Shown here: positions 12,085-25,774 of the stretch, in pieces
Layout: each line of letters opens with the position of its first letter
How positions within the stretch are numbered: position 1 is the first letter of the stretch
From: Octopus vulgaris
Lineage: Eukaryota
NCBI GenBank assembly: GCA_951406725.2
Contig: OX597814.1
Span: forward strand, 31,434,001-31,498,000
Length of the DNA: 64,000 nucleotides
Reading direction: 5' to 3'
Translations under genes and position numbers: made by a program
Notes under the pieces: generated by a model
The model's database searches: none
What the model saw: only the letters and a program-made list of their open reading frames with translations
What the model was told of the DNA's origin: nothing

Positions 12085-12373
12085 GCGAGATGTACTCGCA
12101 TAGCAAGTAATTTGATCTGAGATCGTGTGCTGAAACGAAAACAATTGCAGCGTGGAAGGTGTTTATAAGAAACTCACAAAAGCCGTTCGATTCACTTCAA
12201 TATTTAAGTTTAATTTGTCAAAATATTTTCGTCGCTAATTTTTGTCAGTGAACAGGTCGCGGATTTTAGCGACGAGAATATTTTGACAAATTAAACTTAA
12301 ATGTTGAAGTGAATCGAACGGCTTTTGTGTGTTTCTTAAATGGCTTATATACACCTTCCACGCTGCAATTGTT
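12085..12373. mobile_element. fold-back (inverted LTR-like) element in (TA)n with hammerhead-shaped motif
   Basis: Arms 12140-12238 and 12267-12373 are reverse complements. The centre reads GTCA-gtgaaca-g-GTCGC..GCGAC-GA(A/G)AATATTT-TGAC. Confidence 0.7.
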
Positions 12374-12385
12374 ATATATATAATA

Positions 12386-12601
12386 ATATTAGGGAATAAA
12401 TCCAAACTTACAGAGAAAAATTAGATTTAGGATTAAATCCTATTTTATAGTATAAATATATATTATATTATATTAACTTAGAGATAAAACCACTATTAGG
12501 CAAATCAAACAGTGAAAAACATAACCCAATACATAAAATTAATTTAAAAATATAAAAGTTAAAAATAAAAAATTATTTAAATAATTTAAACTTATAGATT
12601 T

Positions 12602-12632
<31 letters not shown>

Positions 12633-12740
12633 GTATGTATGTATATTTTTATATTTATATATTATTTTATTAATTAATTAATTAATTAATTTATTAATTA
12701 ATAAATTAATTTTTTTATTAAATATCAAAAGTATTAAAAA
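12386..12740 (-). repeat. dispersed AT-rich repeat, same family as 19001-19246
   Basis: Shared tagggaataaatccaaactt...agagataaaaccactattaggcaaatcaaaca...aatacataaaattaatt. Confidence 0.85.
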
Positions 12741-12982
12741 GTATATATATATATATATATATATAAAACGTAGGATAAAATTTTTTTCGGGAAAAAAAAT
12801 CTTATCAATGGCCAGCATATTAAAAAGTACCTTTAAAGGTTAAATTTATAAATAATTTACAAGATAAGGGAAAAATAAAAATTCTAATGCCAAATATGCC
12901 GAAAAAAGACAAAACTTTTCAATAACCATTATAATTTATGCGTATTGAAACAAACCGATAGAAATCTCTAAAAAATTCGTTA

Positions 12983-13043
12983 TTACCGTATTGGTCCAAT
13001 TTCGGGGTTAATTAATAAGAAATTTTCCCCTCTTCAGCGGCAA
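12983..13043 (-). ncRNA. type I hammerhead ribozyme motif
   Basis: Minus strand: TTGCCG-CTGAAGA-GGGG(19 nt)CCCC-GAAA-TTGGACCA-ATA-CGGTAA. Complete core, 6-bp helix I, AUA cleavage triplet. Confidence 0.85.
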
Positions 13044-13479
13044 ATACACGAGATATAAGTGAAATACTTATTCATGTCCATGGAAAAAGCAAGCACTAAG
13101 TCCTGAGCAGACCTAAGTACCCCAAATATATCCAAAATAGAAAAATATTCGGCACGTTTCGAGACACGTGAATTTTTCTTTTGCCCTTATCTTGTAAATT
13201 ATTTATAAATTTAACCTTTAAAGGTATTTTTTTATATGCTAGCCATTGATAACATTTTTTTCCCGAAAAATATTTTATTCTGCATTAGTTATAAATTGAA
13301 TAGTGTTCACTTCCGGATTCTCTCATTCTGTGAAAGTTTCTAGTTCGTATCACACGTATCTCGAGACGTGCCGAATATTTTTCTATTTTGGGTATAATTG
13401 GGGTACTTAGGTCTGCTCAGGACTTAGTGCTTGCTTTTTCCATGGGCATGAATAAGTATTTCACTTATATCTCGCGTAT

Positions 13480-13540
13480 TTGCCACTGAAGAGGGGAAAA
13501 TTTCTTATTAATTAACCCCGAAATTGGACCAATACGGTAA
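13480..13540 (+). ncRNA. type I hammerhead ribozyme motif (second copy)
   Basis: TTGCCA-CTGAAGA-GGGG..CCCC-GAAATTGGACCAATA-CGGTAA. One mismatch at the base of helix I. Confidence 0.8.
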
Positions 13541-13833
13541 TAACGAATTTTTAGAGATTTCTATCGGTTTGTTTCGAGACGCATAAATTATAATGGTTAT
13601 TGAAAAGTTTTGTCTTTTTCCGGCATATTTGGCATTAGAATTTATCTTGTAAATTATATATATATATGTATATCATATTCTTGATAAGCTATCTCTTACT
13701 ATGCTTCTTCATCAAATTATTGTTATAATAATCATATATATTTCAGACAATTTTACCTTCCAACGAAGCGTACACGAAATTACCTATCGGAAGAATTCGT
13801 TGAGTGACTGTCAAAAAATTGTAGTCACAGATC

Positions 13834-14215
13834 GGTGGTGAGCTGGCAGAGTCGTTAGCACGCCGTGTATTTCGTCTGCTGTTACGTTCTGAGTTCAAAT
13901 TCCGCCGAGGTCGTCTTTGCTTTTCATCCTTTCGGGGTCGATTAAATTAAGTACCAGTTACACACTGGGGTCGAGATAATCGACATAATCCGTTTGTCTG
14001 TCCTTGATTGTCCTCTCTGTGTTCAGCCCCTTGTGGGTAGTAAAGAAATAGGTATTTCCTCTGTCGTTACGTTCTGAGTTCAAATTCCGCGAAGGTCAAC
14101 TTTGCCTTTCATCATTTCGGGGTCGATAAATTAAGTACCAGGTAATCGACTTAATCCATTTGTCTTTCCTTGTTTGTTCCCTCTATGTTTAGCCCCTTGT
14201 GTGCAATAAAGAAAC
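13834..14215 (+). mobile_element. SINE family B dimer
   Basis: Headed unit, followed by a headless unit restarting at ggtattt 14051. Confidence 0.9.
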
Positions 14216-14424
14216 AACTGGAATTTAACCGAGAGTCAGTACGGTATCTGTATGATAGTATATCCCCGCAAACTCTCTCTCTCTCTCTCTCTCTCATATA
14301 CACACCCACAGACATACACAATGCACAAAGACACAGACACACACACATGTATATATTAAGCATCGTATATGTATTAAACACTGAGTTCGTGGATAGTTAA
14401 TGGTTTAGATATAGTAAGAATACA

Positions 14425-14830
14425 TCAGACTATGAATTCATATTCATACAGATAATAATTGCAGCGTTAGGTTCTGTTAGTAAAGGTTTAAAGGTCAATC
14501 AGGATAAAATGGGATTTTCAGAAAGTGAAATCGACCGGCTAATTCGTACACTACAAGTGCAATCTGTGAGTGGAACAGTAGAAATATGCAAGACTTTTCT
14601 CAAGTTTCAAATGTAAATTTAACTGTGTTCACTACACCCCTTGTATCTTTGTTGGAAAACAACTCCCTCCCCAGTGGAAGATTTATAATAATTAAAATAT
14701 AGATGACATACATACAAACACAAATATCCTGTTGTTGATGTCGAAATTCCAATGAAGGAACCTTGAATCATGGGAAGAAAGCGGCTCTTTCGCTATTGAC
14801 AAGAAATCTTGAAATAAAACTGGACAATTA
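14425..14830 (+). mobile_element. 5'-truncated RLE-type non-LTR retrotransposon (ORF C-terminus + 3' UTR)
   Basis: Translates DYEFIFIQIIIAALGSVSKGLK...LIRTLQVQSVSGTVEICKTFLKFQM*. Homologous to 24395 and 48540. 3' UTR shared with 24680-24790 and followed by (TACA)n. Confidence 0.75.
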
Positions 14831-15636
14831 CATGCATACATTAAAGTATACTTACATACGTACATACATACATACATATATATGCATGCTTGAATGCATG
14901 CATGCATACATACATACATACATACATACATACATACATACATACATACATACATACATACCGGTCAACATATATATAAATGTTATTAATCATAGAATCA
15001 ATTCACCCCATGCACTGTGCAAAGAAAATCAGTACAATGAAATTGTGCGGAATCCTGTTGAATAAATTGTACCTCTAATACTGGTTTAGAATTGGCTAAT
15101 GCTGCACGGAATACGCGGCCGCTTATATTCTTCCTTATTGAGTAGGTCTTTGATACGGAGTATAGGTGATTGGTCAACTGGATATTCGTTGTCGAAACTG
15201 ACGAAGGTTCATATATTTTTATGTATACACACAAACGCACAAATACACACACTAACACACACGCACACATGCACACAATATCTCATACACACACTATCTC
15301 ATACACACGCACAAACACTAACACATACACACACATACACAAGCACTTACATACAATACATATTCACCTGCCTTACTAGCTGTCACTGGAAGAAAGATAT
15401 ATTATACACGTAGCATTTTAGCAAGATTTCTGTATAGATATTGATATATATTTACCTATGCAATCTTATGCATGTAATTATTCTCTGTCACTTGCACACA
15501 CATATAAAAATTCATTTCGTTACTTCTGTCTCTTTATTTTCTTCCCGCTTCTATCAATATCTATCACACTTAACTCTACAACACATAAACACACGCTAGA
15601 ACTGGTGCTTTCACGTACATATATAGCATATATACG

Positions 15637-15950
<314 letters not shown>

Positions 15951-18514
15951 TACAGATACGCGCACGCACCCCCACTCACACGCAGGCACACACATACGTC
16001 AAATATAAATGTGTGCCTGTTTGAATGTGCGTATATATAATTGTATAATCACGTATACACACGCAGAAATACTTGAATGTGTATCTGTGTGTGTGAGTAA
16101 GTTTATATATCGTGTGTATAGTGGACACGTGTGTATAGTGAAGTTTATATGTATATAAAGAGGAGGAAGATATAGAGTACAGAGGCTGTATCTACCATAC
16201 TTATTAAGATAGCTATACGAAAAGTGTAATATTCCAGAGCTACATCAATGCTTCTAAAACTTTAGGTTATAATCATCAGCGAAATTGTAGCCCGGAAGCT
16301 GGTAGGTATTTCTTTCAATGTCCATCTACATTTGCTCAATCTTCTCTCGATTCCTTTTTCCCTTCTAACACCATCATCAAGAAAATGGCATTTCTTACCT
16401 TCTTTTTCCTTCCATCTCTCTATCTCTTCCCTCTCTCTCTCTCTAGCTCTCTCCCTCCTCGCTTACTTCTTTTACGTCTATTCCTTCTTTTTTCATTCTT
16501 TCCTTGCTTCTTTTTCCAACATTTTCTATCATCAAATTCCATTGTGCCTCACTTCTCAACTGACCATCCTCAAGGTAAGTAATAGTATAGAGTGGTTTTG
16601 CACTGTTTTACTGATTATATCTGCCTCGTAGATGGATTACCGATTCGGAAAGAGCATTTTCCCCCTCTTTCCTATCTATAGACGTTGTCCTATCTACTTA
16701 TAGCCTTTTACTGCCTTTCACCCAAACATATTGGCAAGCAAACAACTCTAGTGAAATGATATCAAGTGAATGGTGAAAAAGTGAAAGTTTTCTATTTACC
16801 AAGTGGAAATTTTCTCCTAGCAATACGGAAATAAATTGTATTACAAACTTGAAACTCTGAGAACCACCAAGAGAAAAACAATTGTGAATACAGATACAAG
16901 ATGTATTGACATTTATTGATGTAGACATCGTAAAATGAAATTTTATGTACACATCATCGGATACTAAATTTAAAAATAAAATAAGAAATCAGAGATAACA
17001 ATAATAATGGCGCATAAGATTAGTGAAAGTATGTATAATCCATAATCGCTGACATCTTCATGAATGAATATTTCTTATATATTGGATTAGCTCTCGCTAT
17101 CATAAGCTGATTAACAAAGAATTCTTTTATGCAGTATTTGCATATATTAGAATCAATCTATTGTTTAGCGAAAATGAAATATGAATAAGCTTTCAAAATA
17201 TCAATAAGCTTGCAAGATTTGTTATACTCAGCTTTCTGTTACTCATATAGTATGAAATTACATGACTGTCAAATACTTTATACTTTTTCATTTCTTGTTG
17301 ATTAACTCGAGGTCAGTCCTGATCGAGCAGACATAATTAATGCGTGACTGGTGTGACCATCCTGTCCTTTGTTTTGTGTATTAGACATTACATAGTCGAA
17401 TGTACACATTACTTTGTCAGGATCTAATTTGGAGGAGACTTGCCAGCTGTTTCTTTTAGGTCGTTCAACCGCGAAGATGCTTATACGACTTAATAGCAAA
17501 ATAAATCCTTAATTCCGCTCATCTAGGTTATAATTTCATCACTATTCCGGAAATATTAATATTAATTTTGTATCTCTTTATTGTTGCTAAAATAAATCCC
17601 AATTGTATAAAATAGTCGATTCAGCCAAGCGTAGGACGTATTGTCCTATAAATATAATTGCTACACGCAATATTCAAAGTGGATATACAGCTTTGCCAAG
17701 AGATCAAGGTATATTTTGATGCAATAAGTATGATTTTCCTTTACATAATGCCAGTGAAAGCCATATTTTTTAGAATGCTCAGAATCCATAGATAGAGTAT
17801 ATATACCTGTGTTGTTTTTGCCGAGTTAAAAGAAATTGAACTAAAGTGTTGTGGTACAATTGTGATCACATCATGACTACATATTTAGAATTAGGATCCA
17901 AGAGAGCAAATCCATATTAACAGGAGGTGTATTTCATGTCATTGTTACTTCCTGATCGTCTCTAATCGAGCTCACGTATGATCAGAGGTATCCCAGACAT
18001 GAGGATACCATAGATTTTGAGTGTTGAGATCAGATCAGAACATTCAATGTGTTCCATATTTTTAATGACAGTAGAATGTGCTTGGGAACGATTTAAATGC
18101 TATTTCTATTAACTGCCTGATATCTTCTTCGTTGACTAACCTAACCTACAGGAGGTCCAGAAATTACCTCCTTCCATGGATTAGAGCCTTTTCCAACTTA
18201 TTTCAAACAAAGGCTCATATTTCCTTTTCTAATCAGTGCTCACCTTTCATTTTTGAACGCTGTTTATTTGTTTATTTCTATTTCTTCCATGTTTATTTCG
18301 GCATGTGTTCATTTCGGTGTGTACATCAAACAATTAAATTGGTATTTTCTTGTTTACATAAGTTTTAACTTCATCTCTCTAATAATTTGAAACAGTGAAA
18401 GTTTACGTAAATGGGGTAATTGGCCCTATAGTTGTGTGTTATTTTACAGAACCTCACGTTCTTTACACACCTCGCGCATATAACTGTGGCCAACATTAAT
18501 AATTTGAATCGCGT

Positions 18515-18515
<1 letters not shown>

Positions 18516-18604
<89 letters not shown>

Positions 18605-18669
18605 TATATACATATATATATATATATACATACATATATATATATATATACATACATATATATATATAT

Positions 18670-18740
<71 letters not shown>

Positions 18741-18752
18741 TGTATGTATGTA
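18516..18752. repeat. (TA)n/(TATG)n microsatellite
   Basis: Directly visible. Confidence 0.95.
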
Positions 18753-18754
18753 TA

Positions 18755-18941
18755 CACGAGGAGGTGCTGAAACGTACCTGGGTTTCTGCAAAAGAAAATA
18801 CTGGATGACCCCTGAAACGTGATTTTATTCAACTTATTCCCCCTCTCAGCTTCACACACTTATTGCTGCAGTCTTTCAGCTATTTCAAACCATGTAAAAG
18901 AACTCGGAATTTCGGGCCTCCAACCATAACTTTCACGATAC

Positions 18942-18946
<5 letters not shown>
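18755..18946 (-). mobile_element. mariner-derived MITE, truncated second copy
   Basis: cacgaggaggtgctgaaacgtacctgg TIR. The interior is the diverged reverse complement of 4030-4200 (gtaaaagaactcggaa..gggcct). Confidence 0.75.
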
Positions 18947-19000
<54 letters not shown>

Positions 19001-19003
<3 letters not shown>

Positions 19004-19241
19004 GGAATAAATCCAAACTTGAAGGGAAAAATCAGATTTAGGATTAAATCCAATTTTATAGTAAAATATATTATATTATATTATATTAAATTAGAGATAA
19101 AACCACTATTAGGCAAATCAAACAATGAAAAACATAAGCCAATACATAAAATTAATTAATTTATATTATTTTAAGTATATATCAAAAGTATTAAAAGCTT
19201 AATAAAAGATAAAGAATAAAACACTACGATCGTTTCATGGC

Positions 19242-19246
<5 letters not shown>
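19001..19246 (-). repeat. dispersed repeat with hammerhead 3' half at its minus-strand 5' end
   Basis: Matches 12386-12740. The minus strand begins gtacagccat-GAAAC-GATC-GTA (19225-19236), with palindrome ACGATCGT, between (TA)n tracts. Confidence 0.7.
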
Positions 19247-19279
<33 letters not shown>

Positions 19280-21119
19280 GTTTCTTTAAAAGACGTAAGA
19301 ATTCGGTGTTGAATTAAAACGACTTAATGATTTTGGTTTGTTTTTCCGCTTAGTTAACTTACAACTTATAAAAAAAAAACAGAATATATAGGTCCTCCGC
19401 CTATATATTCTATTTCTAACAACTCGAAATCACTAAGTCGTTTTAATTCAAAGGTTAATAATGTAAAAGCATTATTCACGTTAATAATTGCTGCAGAATG
19501 AAGAATAATACCCAAGTGACTGGTTGTACTAATACTGGTTAATCTAAACTCCATTATCTATATGTACTGCTATCACGAAACTCCTGTTTCATACATTCTT
19601 CTACGTAGATGCGATTCCTTGAGTCTGTGTTAGCAATCTCGATGACCTTAATCTGTTGTGAAATATAGATACAATTCTCTTGTGAACTGTATTCACAGTC
19701 TAGTTTCTAATACTGTTTGCCATATATGCCAAGAAAGCTAAGCATTAGAAACTATAGTCGATTTTAAGGAATTATACTTTCTTCTCCATATTAAAGGGCT
19801 ATAAATCTGTTAGCAATAATCGCTTGTATATAGAGATCGATTTATTTGAATAAGACTACAAGATTCGCACGTACAACAGTTTTAAAATCGTGTCTCTCTT
19901 TCTCTCTACATAAATGGCTTTAATAACACAATTACATTATTATGCAGTTTTAGTCTACCTTTATTTTTTTGAAATCCATGACTATATTTTAAAGATCATT
20001 ATATTAAAGGCCGGTAAATGCATGGTAAAAACTTTCAAGAAAGCTTCAGAGAAGAGAAAACATTGATATTTATGATTATCATTTTTAATGAAGTTATAAG
20101 TAGTGTTTTTTTGACATTTCATTAAGTGATTTAATTGAATAAACTTGTTTAACTTTACGCTTTCGGGCACATGGTTAATACTAGCGGCAAATTATAAGGT
20201 TTTGATAAGCAGTTGTCTTGGCATTTCCCCCTCGGCTGTAGATGTAAAAAAATACTATAGCGATAATGCGTAACATCGCTATCAAGATCTCAAATAATCA
20301 AGTGTTTTCGCTTATCTCTCGGAACTCAATTTTTTAAAATATTATTGATTCTGAAAATTTGATAAATTTTAATGATAAATGATTCTTGATAATATATTTC
20401 TTTTTCGTTTTCAGAGAGAAAATGCATCTAAAGACAATGTGTTATGTTAATACCATTGCCAAAAGGAAACTCAGTTTATGAAAGTGTAACGCATTTTAAT
20501 ATTTCTACTTCTAATTCCATCTCGTGGTGTGAATCATAGAAATTTTATATATTTGTATTTATTATAAGACATTTAAATGCCGCTATAAAATTGAAACATT
20601 ACGGATAAGTTACATAATATAAAGCAATATACATACATATGCATAAATATAATATATATATAGATATATATTATAAATATTATATATATAAATATATAAA
20701 TTGTCTGGATGTTTTGTGTTCTTGTCCCATTTTGCATTTATATATATATAGCGGCGAACGTACACTTTGGTATATTATTTTCTTATATGTAAGTATATAT
20801 TTATTTATATCTTGTATGAATGTATTCTTTATTCTTTTATTCTTTCCTACTTTCTATCACCCCATACACGCTTATGTCATTCATTCCACTCTTCGTTCTT
20901 TCGTTTCCCCTCTCTCACATTTCATTGCCTTCTGTTCATGCTCACTTTCCCTCCTCTTTTCACTTCACTGTGTCCCTGTCATTTTTCCTCACTCCTCCTT
21001 ATTTCTTCTGTCCCTCTGCCTCTAGCCCTCTCTTCTCTCTTCCCATATAACCAGTGTTCGGCCAAGCCTGACCTTTATTTCTTGGTTCGGCCATTGTCCG
21101 TGCAACATCTCTATTCCTC

Positions 21120-21325
21120 CCAGTGCCCGTGAAATTATGTATCCCTGCCGTAAGACTTTACTTCCACACACGCCAGCTTAATTTAATTCGTCCTTAGTCG
21201 AGAGACACCTGTTGTTATGTCCTGTTATTTGTATTTGTGTAACTTTCTCCGTTTTTTCCGTCCTTGTTTTCTTTGTATCGTCCTTCTGGATATTTTGCGT
21301 TCTTGTCCCATTTTGTACATCTATA
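21120..21325 (+). repeat. dispersed repeat family (also 20700-20745 and 22712-23005)
   Basis: Shared agacacctg.tgt.at.tcctgttattt.tatttgtgtaac (21203, 22713) and tctggat.ttt.g.gttcttgtcccatttt (all three), each ending in (TA)n. Confidence 0.75.
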
Positions 21326-22425
21326 TATATATATATTCTTAACTTCCATCTGTAAAAGAAAACGCGTTACAGGAAAGCTTGATTATGCAGTAACATACCA
21401 ACCAAAATCATGTAAGATAGAAATGGTGATGCTACCTAAATTTTCTAAATTTTCTATTTAATTTCAAACTTTTTATGAAGAATCATGCATGTTGTTTTAT
21501 TAGGCTAACAACAATGCAATAAATTTTTCGCACTTGTTTTGCCTTTTTGTCTATGAGTGAGAGTTTATGAATGTTTTGCTTTCTGATACTTTTATCAAAA
21601 CGGTACCAGACTATAAAGCAACAAAATATTGTCTCACACATTGTTGTTAGAGCTTATATGTCAGTATAAACCTCAAACTTACATTTTTTGTTGTTATTCA
21701 GCTATCCCAAGTGTAATGGAATGCATTTTCGCAGCTAGTCTTTTTTGTCGTAGAATATTTAGTACTCACGTTATACCGGATTCTATTACTGAGGAAGGCG
21801 AGGTATAATCACATTTCTTTCAGTGTAAGCTTCCGAGTAATGATCAAATCTTTATTCAAAACACATGTAAATGCTTCAATAGGTTTCATTCCCCGAAATA
21901 TGATTTAAATTCAACAACAAATATATAAGTGAGTTTGCTAAGTATATTAACACAGAAAAGTATGCCAGTCGATTACAGCGATTGATGTTAACACCGTGAA
22001 AGGATTTTAGAAACTGTTCAACTCTACGCAAGCAATTAAAAATGTATAAAATATCTCTAGAGTTACACATATTGCCTGATTGGGGTCTGGATATAAATGA
22101 AGTTAAGGATGTTCATAGAATTGAAAATGAAACCCTCTTAATCAACAATAGCCTTGTGTAAAAGCTGCAGTATGAGGATCTAAAAATATATATTGTATGT
22201 CATGAAATCCTGACCATATGTCGTTAATTGAACAGCAATATCTAATTCAGATAGTTAAGGAAGGGATCTTTCACTATAAAATATTGAAGTTCATAAGAAC
22301 GTTACGCAGCTGCTAATTCTTAATCTTTTTTTTTGTATATAAAACTAAATATCTAATAAAATAGTCGACATGCCAGCCCTATTTTAATTGTGTATTTTAA
22401 ACAATCTTAGTATAAAATTGCTTAC

Positions 22426-22445
22426 CTCTTCTAATAATGGAAATT
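22426..22445 (-). CDS. candidate 20-nt micro-exon (xFPLLEE)
   Basis: Minus strand: ctaattatttctccttcag|AATTTCCATTATTAGAAGAG|gtaagc. Strong branch point, acceptor and donor. Confidence 0.35.
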
Positions 22446-22711
22446 CTGAAGGAGAAATAATTAGTATATAATTTTATAAATAGAAGCAATGGTGTGTATA
22501 TATATATATCTATATGTATATTTATATTTATTCAATTATATATGTACATATACAATTAGTAGCAGCAGAGGAATATTAATAAGAAAAGGTAATATTTATC
22601 TCCCACTTAAAAGTAGATGTAAAATTATGTAGTATTTTGTTTTCACACAGCATCCACATTTACGTGGGTGGGAATAAGTACATGTATGTGCATATATAAA
22701 TATAGTTTGTG

Positions 22712-23005
22712 TAAGACACCTGATGTCATATCCTGTTATTTATATTTGTGTAACATTTCTGTTTTTTTCGTCCATATTTCGTATACATTCGCTGATTTCT
22801 TCTAAGGAATCTAATGCTCTTAGCTTATTTTTTCTTTGGGGTTGGCCAGATTGGAGCAATTTCGAATATAACCAGCCGAAATTGCAAAGATAATCTGGAA
22901 CTCGACTGAAGATAGAAAACTCCGAATGATTCGTCCTTGTTTTCCTTGTTTCACCTCATTGTCTGGATGTTTGGCGTTCTTGTCCCATTTTTGTATTTTT
23001 ATATA
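22712..23005 (+). repeat. dispersed repeat, same family as 21120-21325
   Basis: Both ends match the 21.2-kb copy; about 170 nt of extra internal sequence. Confidence 0.75.
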
Positions 23006-23008
23006 TTA

Positions 23009-23039
<31 letters not shown>

Positions 23040-23089
23040 TGTATGTATGTATGTATGTATGTATGTATGTATGTATGTATGTATGTATG

Positions 23090-23162
<73 letters not shown>

Positions 23163-23509
23163 GGAGTTAAACGCAGGTGTTTTTCAAGTCTTTATACTTC
23201 CGACATAAGTTTCGAAGAAAACATTGAAATTATTTCAGAGGGAATTATAGGAATCTACTGAAGCAATTACGTTTCTTATCCTCACCAGATTAAGCGGCTA
23301 TATTCAATAGCCATCATCTCTTCGTGTTAAAACCTACACCTTTCAATATGATGGAAAGTGTCTTCCTCTTCTATTTAAATATCGCTGCACACCCTCTGGA
23401 ATAATACCCAATGTTTTCTTTGAATAACTCTTGCTTTTAACTCCATTTATTTATCTGATAATCAAAAACATTTCACTAAACTCTGGAATTTCTAACTCTA
23501 TAAGTAGGC

Positions 23510-23866
23510 TGTCAAGTCCCTCTGCGTTTCATCTTGAGCAAGTGTCTTCTACTATAGCTTCGAGTCGACCAAAGCCTTGTGAATGGATTTGGTAGATGAA
23601 AACTGAATGACGCCTGTCCTCTATATGTGTGTATCTTTGTGTCCGTGTTTGTTCCTCACCGCCGCTTGACAACCGGAGCTACTGTGTTTACGTCCCCTTA
23701 ACCTAGCAATTCGGAAAAGAGAGCGATAAAATAAGTACCAGGCTTAAAAAGAAAAAAAGAAAAAACTACGGAGTTCGATTCATTCGACTAAAAATTCTTG
23801 AATGCAGCACTCCAGCCTGGCCGCAGTTTAACGACTAAAACTAGTAAAAACATAAAAGACAAAAGA
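23510..23866 (+). mobile_element. SINE family C, diverged and 5'-eroded
   Basis: caagtgtcttctactatagc...aaagccttgtga.tggatttggtaga...aataagtacca...ctccagcctggccgcagt. Confidence 0.85.
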
Positions 23867-24394
23867 ACTGAATTACCAACTCATTGATTCAGCGAATGAG
23901 TCGCTGATTATTCGAAAAACACATCTAACCGTAACCTAAATCTCAGCCTGAGTGAGCATGACACAAAATATTACAATGCTGGTTCACACATATACATCCG
24001 ACCAACATATACAAAGTTGACTTTTACCGAATTCTGCTCTATAGAATTGGGTTAACACAAAGCTATCCCCAAAAACTTTACGTTGTTTCACACACTTAAC
24101 GATCTCTTACACACATCTAATGTACTCTTACAGACATGTGCATGCTCATGTGTATATATACCGTCGCCACTTAATGATAGCGAATAAAGTTCATCCAGGA
24201 AACACTCATAGGAATTTTAACGTAACAAATGTAATCATAGCCTTAATTTCATTCCTCGGTGAATGCATATATGTATACGTACACTAACACACACACACGC
24301 CACACGCACACAAGTATACTTGCATGCACATACGTATTCATATCTCTCTCTTTGTCTCTGTATTTCTGTAAATACATACGTACATACTTGCATG

Positions 24395-24790
24395 CAGATT
24401 ACAAGTTCAGGTTTATACCTGTAATTATTGGGGCACTGGGATATGTAACATGCTGCCTAAATACCAATCTCGAGAAATTAAGCTTCTCGAAACCAGAAAG
24501 GAGAAAGCTAATTCGAAGACTACAGATTCTATCCATCAATAGAACTGTAAAAATCTGTAAAACTTTCCAAAAGTTTATCATTGAAATGTACATGAGCACG
24601 TCTAGATATGTATATATATATATGCATAAGAATACATACTTAAAACAAAATATACAAATTTGTATACATACATATATACAAAAATACCTTGTTGTTGATG
24701 TTGAAATTCCGATAAAGGCGCCTAGAATCTAGGTTAGAAACCGGCTCTTTCTCTAGTGGCAAGAAATCTTGAAATAAAAGTGAACAATGA
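24395..24790 (+). mobile_element. 5'-truncated RLE-type non-LTR retrotransposon
   Basis: ORF segment DYKFRFIPVIIGALGYV...LIRRLQILSINRTVKICKTFQKF (PVIIGALG RLE C-terminal motif). 3' UTR shared with the 14425 copy. Confidence 0.8.
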
Positions 24791-24996
24791 CATGTATATA
24801 CACGCATATATGTATGTAGTATATATATATATATATGTTTGTATGTATAATATAAAACTGTTGTACAGTAACAGAAGAGGAGAATCGTCAGCATCATACA
24901 CACACGCACGCACACACACACGCCAAATTCATAGCTGTCTCTCTTACCACTAAAGCTGTTAGTAGCCTCTTCCGCATCTGGTCATATCTACATATA

Positions 24997-25174
24997 GGCG
25001 TAGGAGTGGATCTGTGGTAAAAAGCTTGCTTACCAACCACATGGTACCAAGTTTAGACCCACTGCGTGGCACCTTGGACAAGTGTCTTCTACTATAGCCT
25101 CGGGCCGAATAAAGCCTTGTGGGTGGATTTGGTTGACGAAAACTGAAAGGAGCCCGTTGTGTATATATATATAG

Positions 25175-25225
<51 letters not shown>

Positions 25226-25358
25226 CTGGTGTGTTTAAGTCCCCGTAACTTAGCGGTTCGGCATAAGAGACCGATAGAATAAGTTCTGGGGTCGATTTGC
25301 TCGACTAAAGGCGGTGCTCCAAAATGGCTACTGAAACAAGTTAAAGAGTAAAAGAGTA
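24997..25358 (+). mobile_element. tRNA-derived SINE family C
   Basis: Head ggcgtaggagtgga.ctgtggtaa, central (TG)n, tail gactaaaggcggtgctcc...gaaacaag..aaagagtaaaagag. Confidence 0.9.
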
Positions 25359-25677
25359 TATCGTGTCAGTTCAACTGATGCACATTTGTTCTTTTATCTC
25401 ACGACTTTTTTTACTCTCCTCGTCCATTTTATTATTAAAAAAGCGTCTGCTCGAAACAAATACTTTTCTTTCTATTTTTCCAGAACATAAACCTAATATG
25501 CAGTCTTTTTTTTTTTACATCAACTAAGTGTTTTTATATATTTCAGCACCACACACATGCACAGACATCTACGCGCGCACAAGGCTGTCTCCCCCCCTTC
25601 ATATTAATATGTGCAGATATTTGAAGAAATTTCTCAACCTCATTACGTGAGTTCTTGTCAGAAAACCGAAAGTATGC

Positions 25678-25679
<2 letters not shown>

Positions 25680-25722
<43 letters not shown>

Positions 25723-25735
25723 TGTGTGTGTATAA

Positions 25736-25774
<39 letters not shown>

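Larger units (their letters stand above)
12766..13655. mobile_element. non-coding hammerhead-bearing element: inverted partial copy plus terminally redundant ~460-470 nt unit
   Basis: 12766-13170 is the reverse complement of 13352-13655 continued by 13171-13283. cttgtaaatt recurs at 13191 and 13646. Flanked by (TA)n. Confidence 0.85.
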
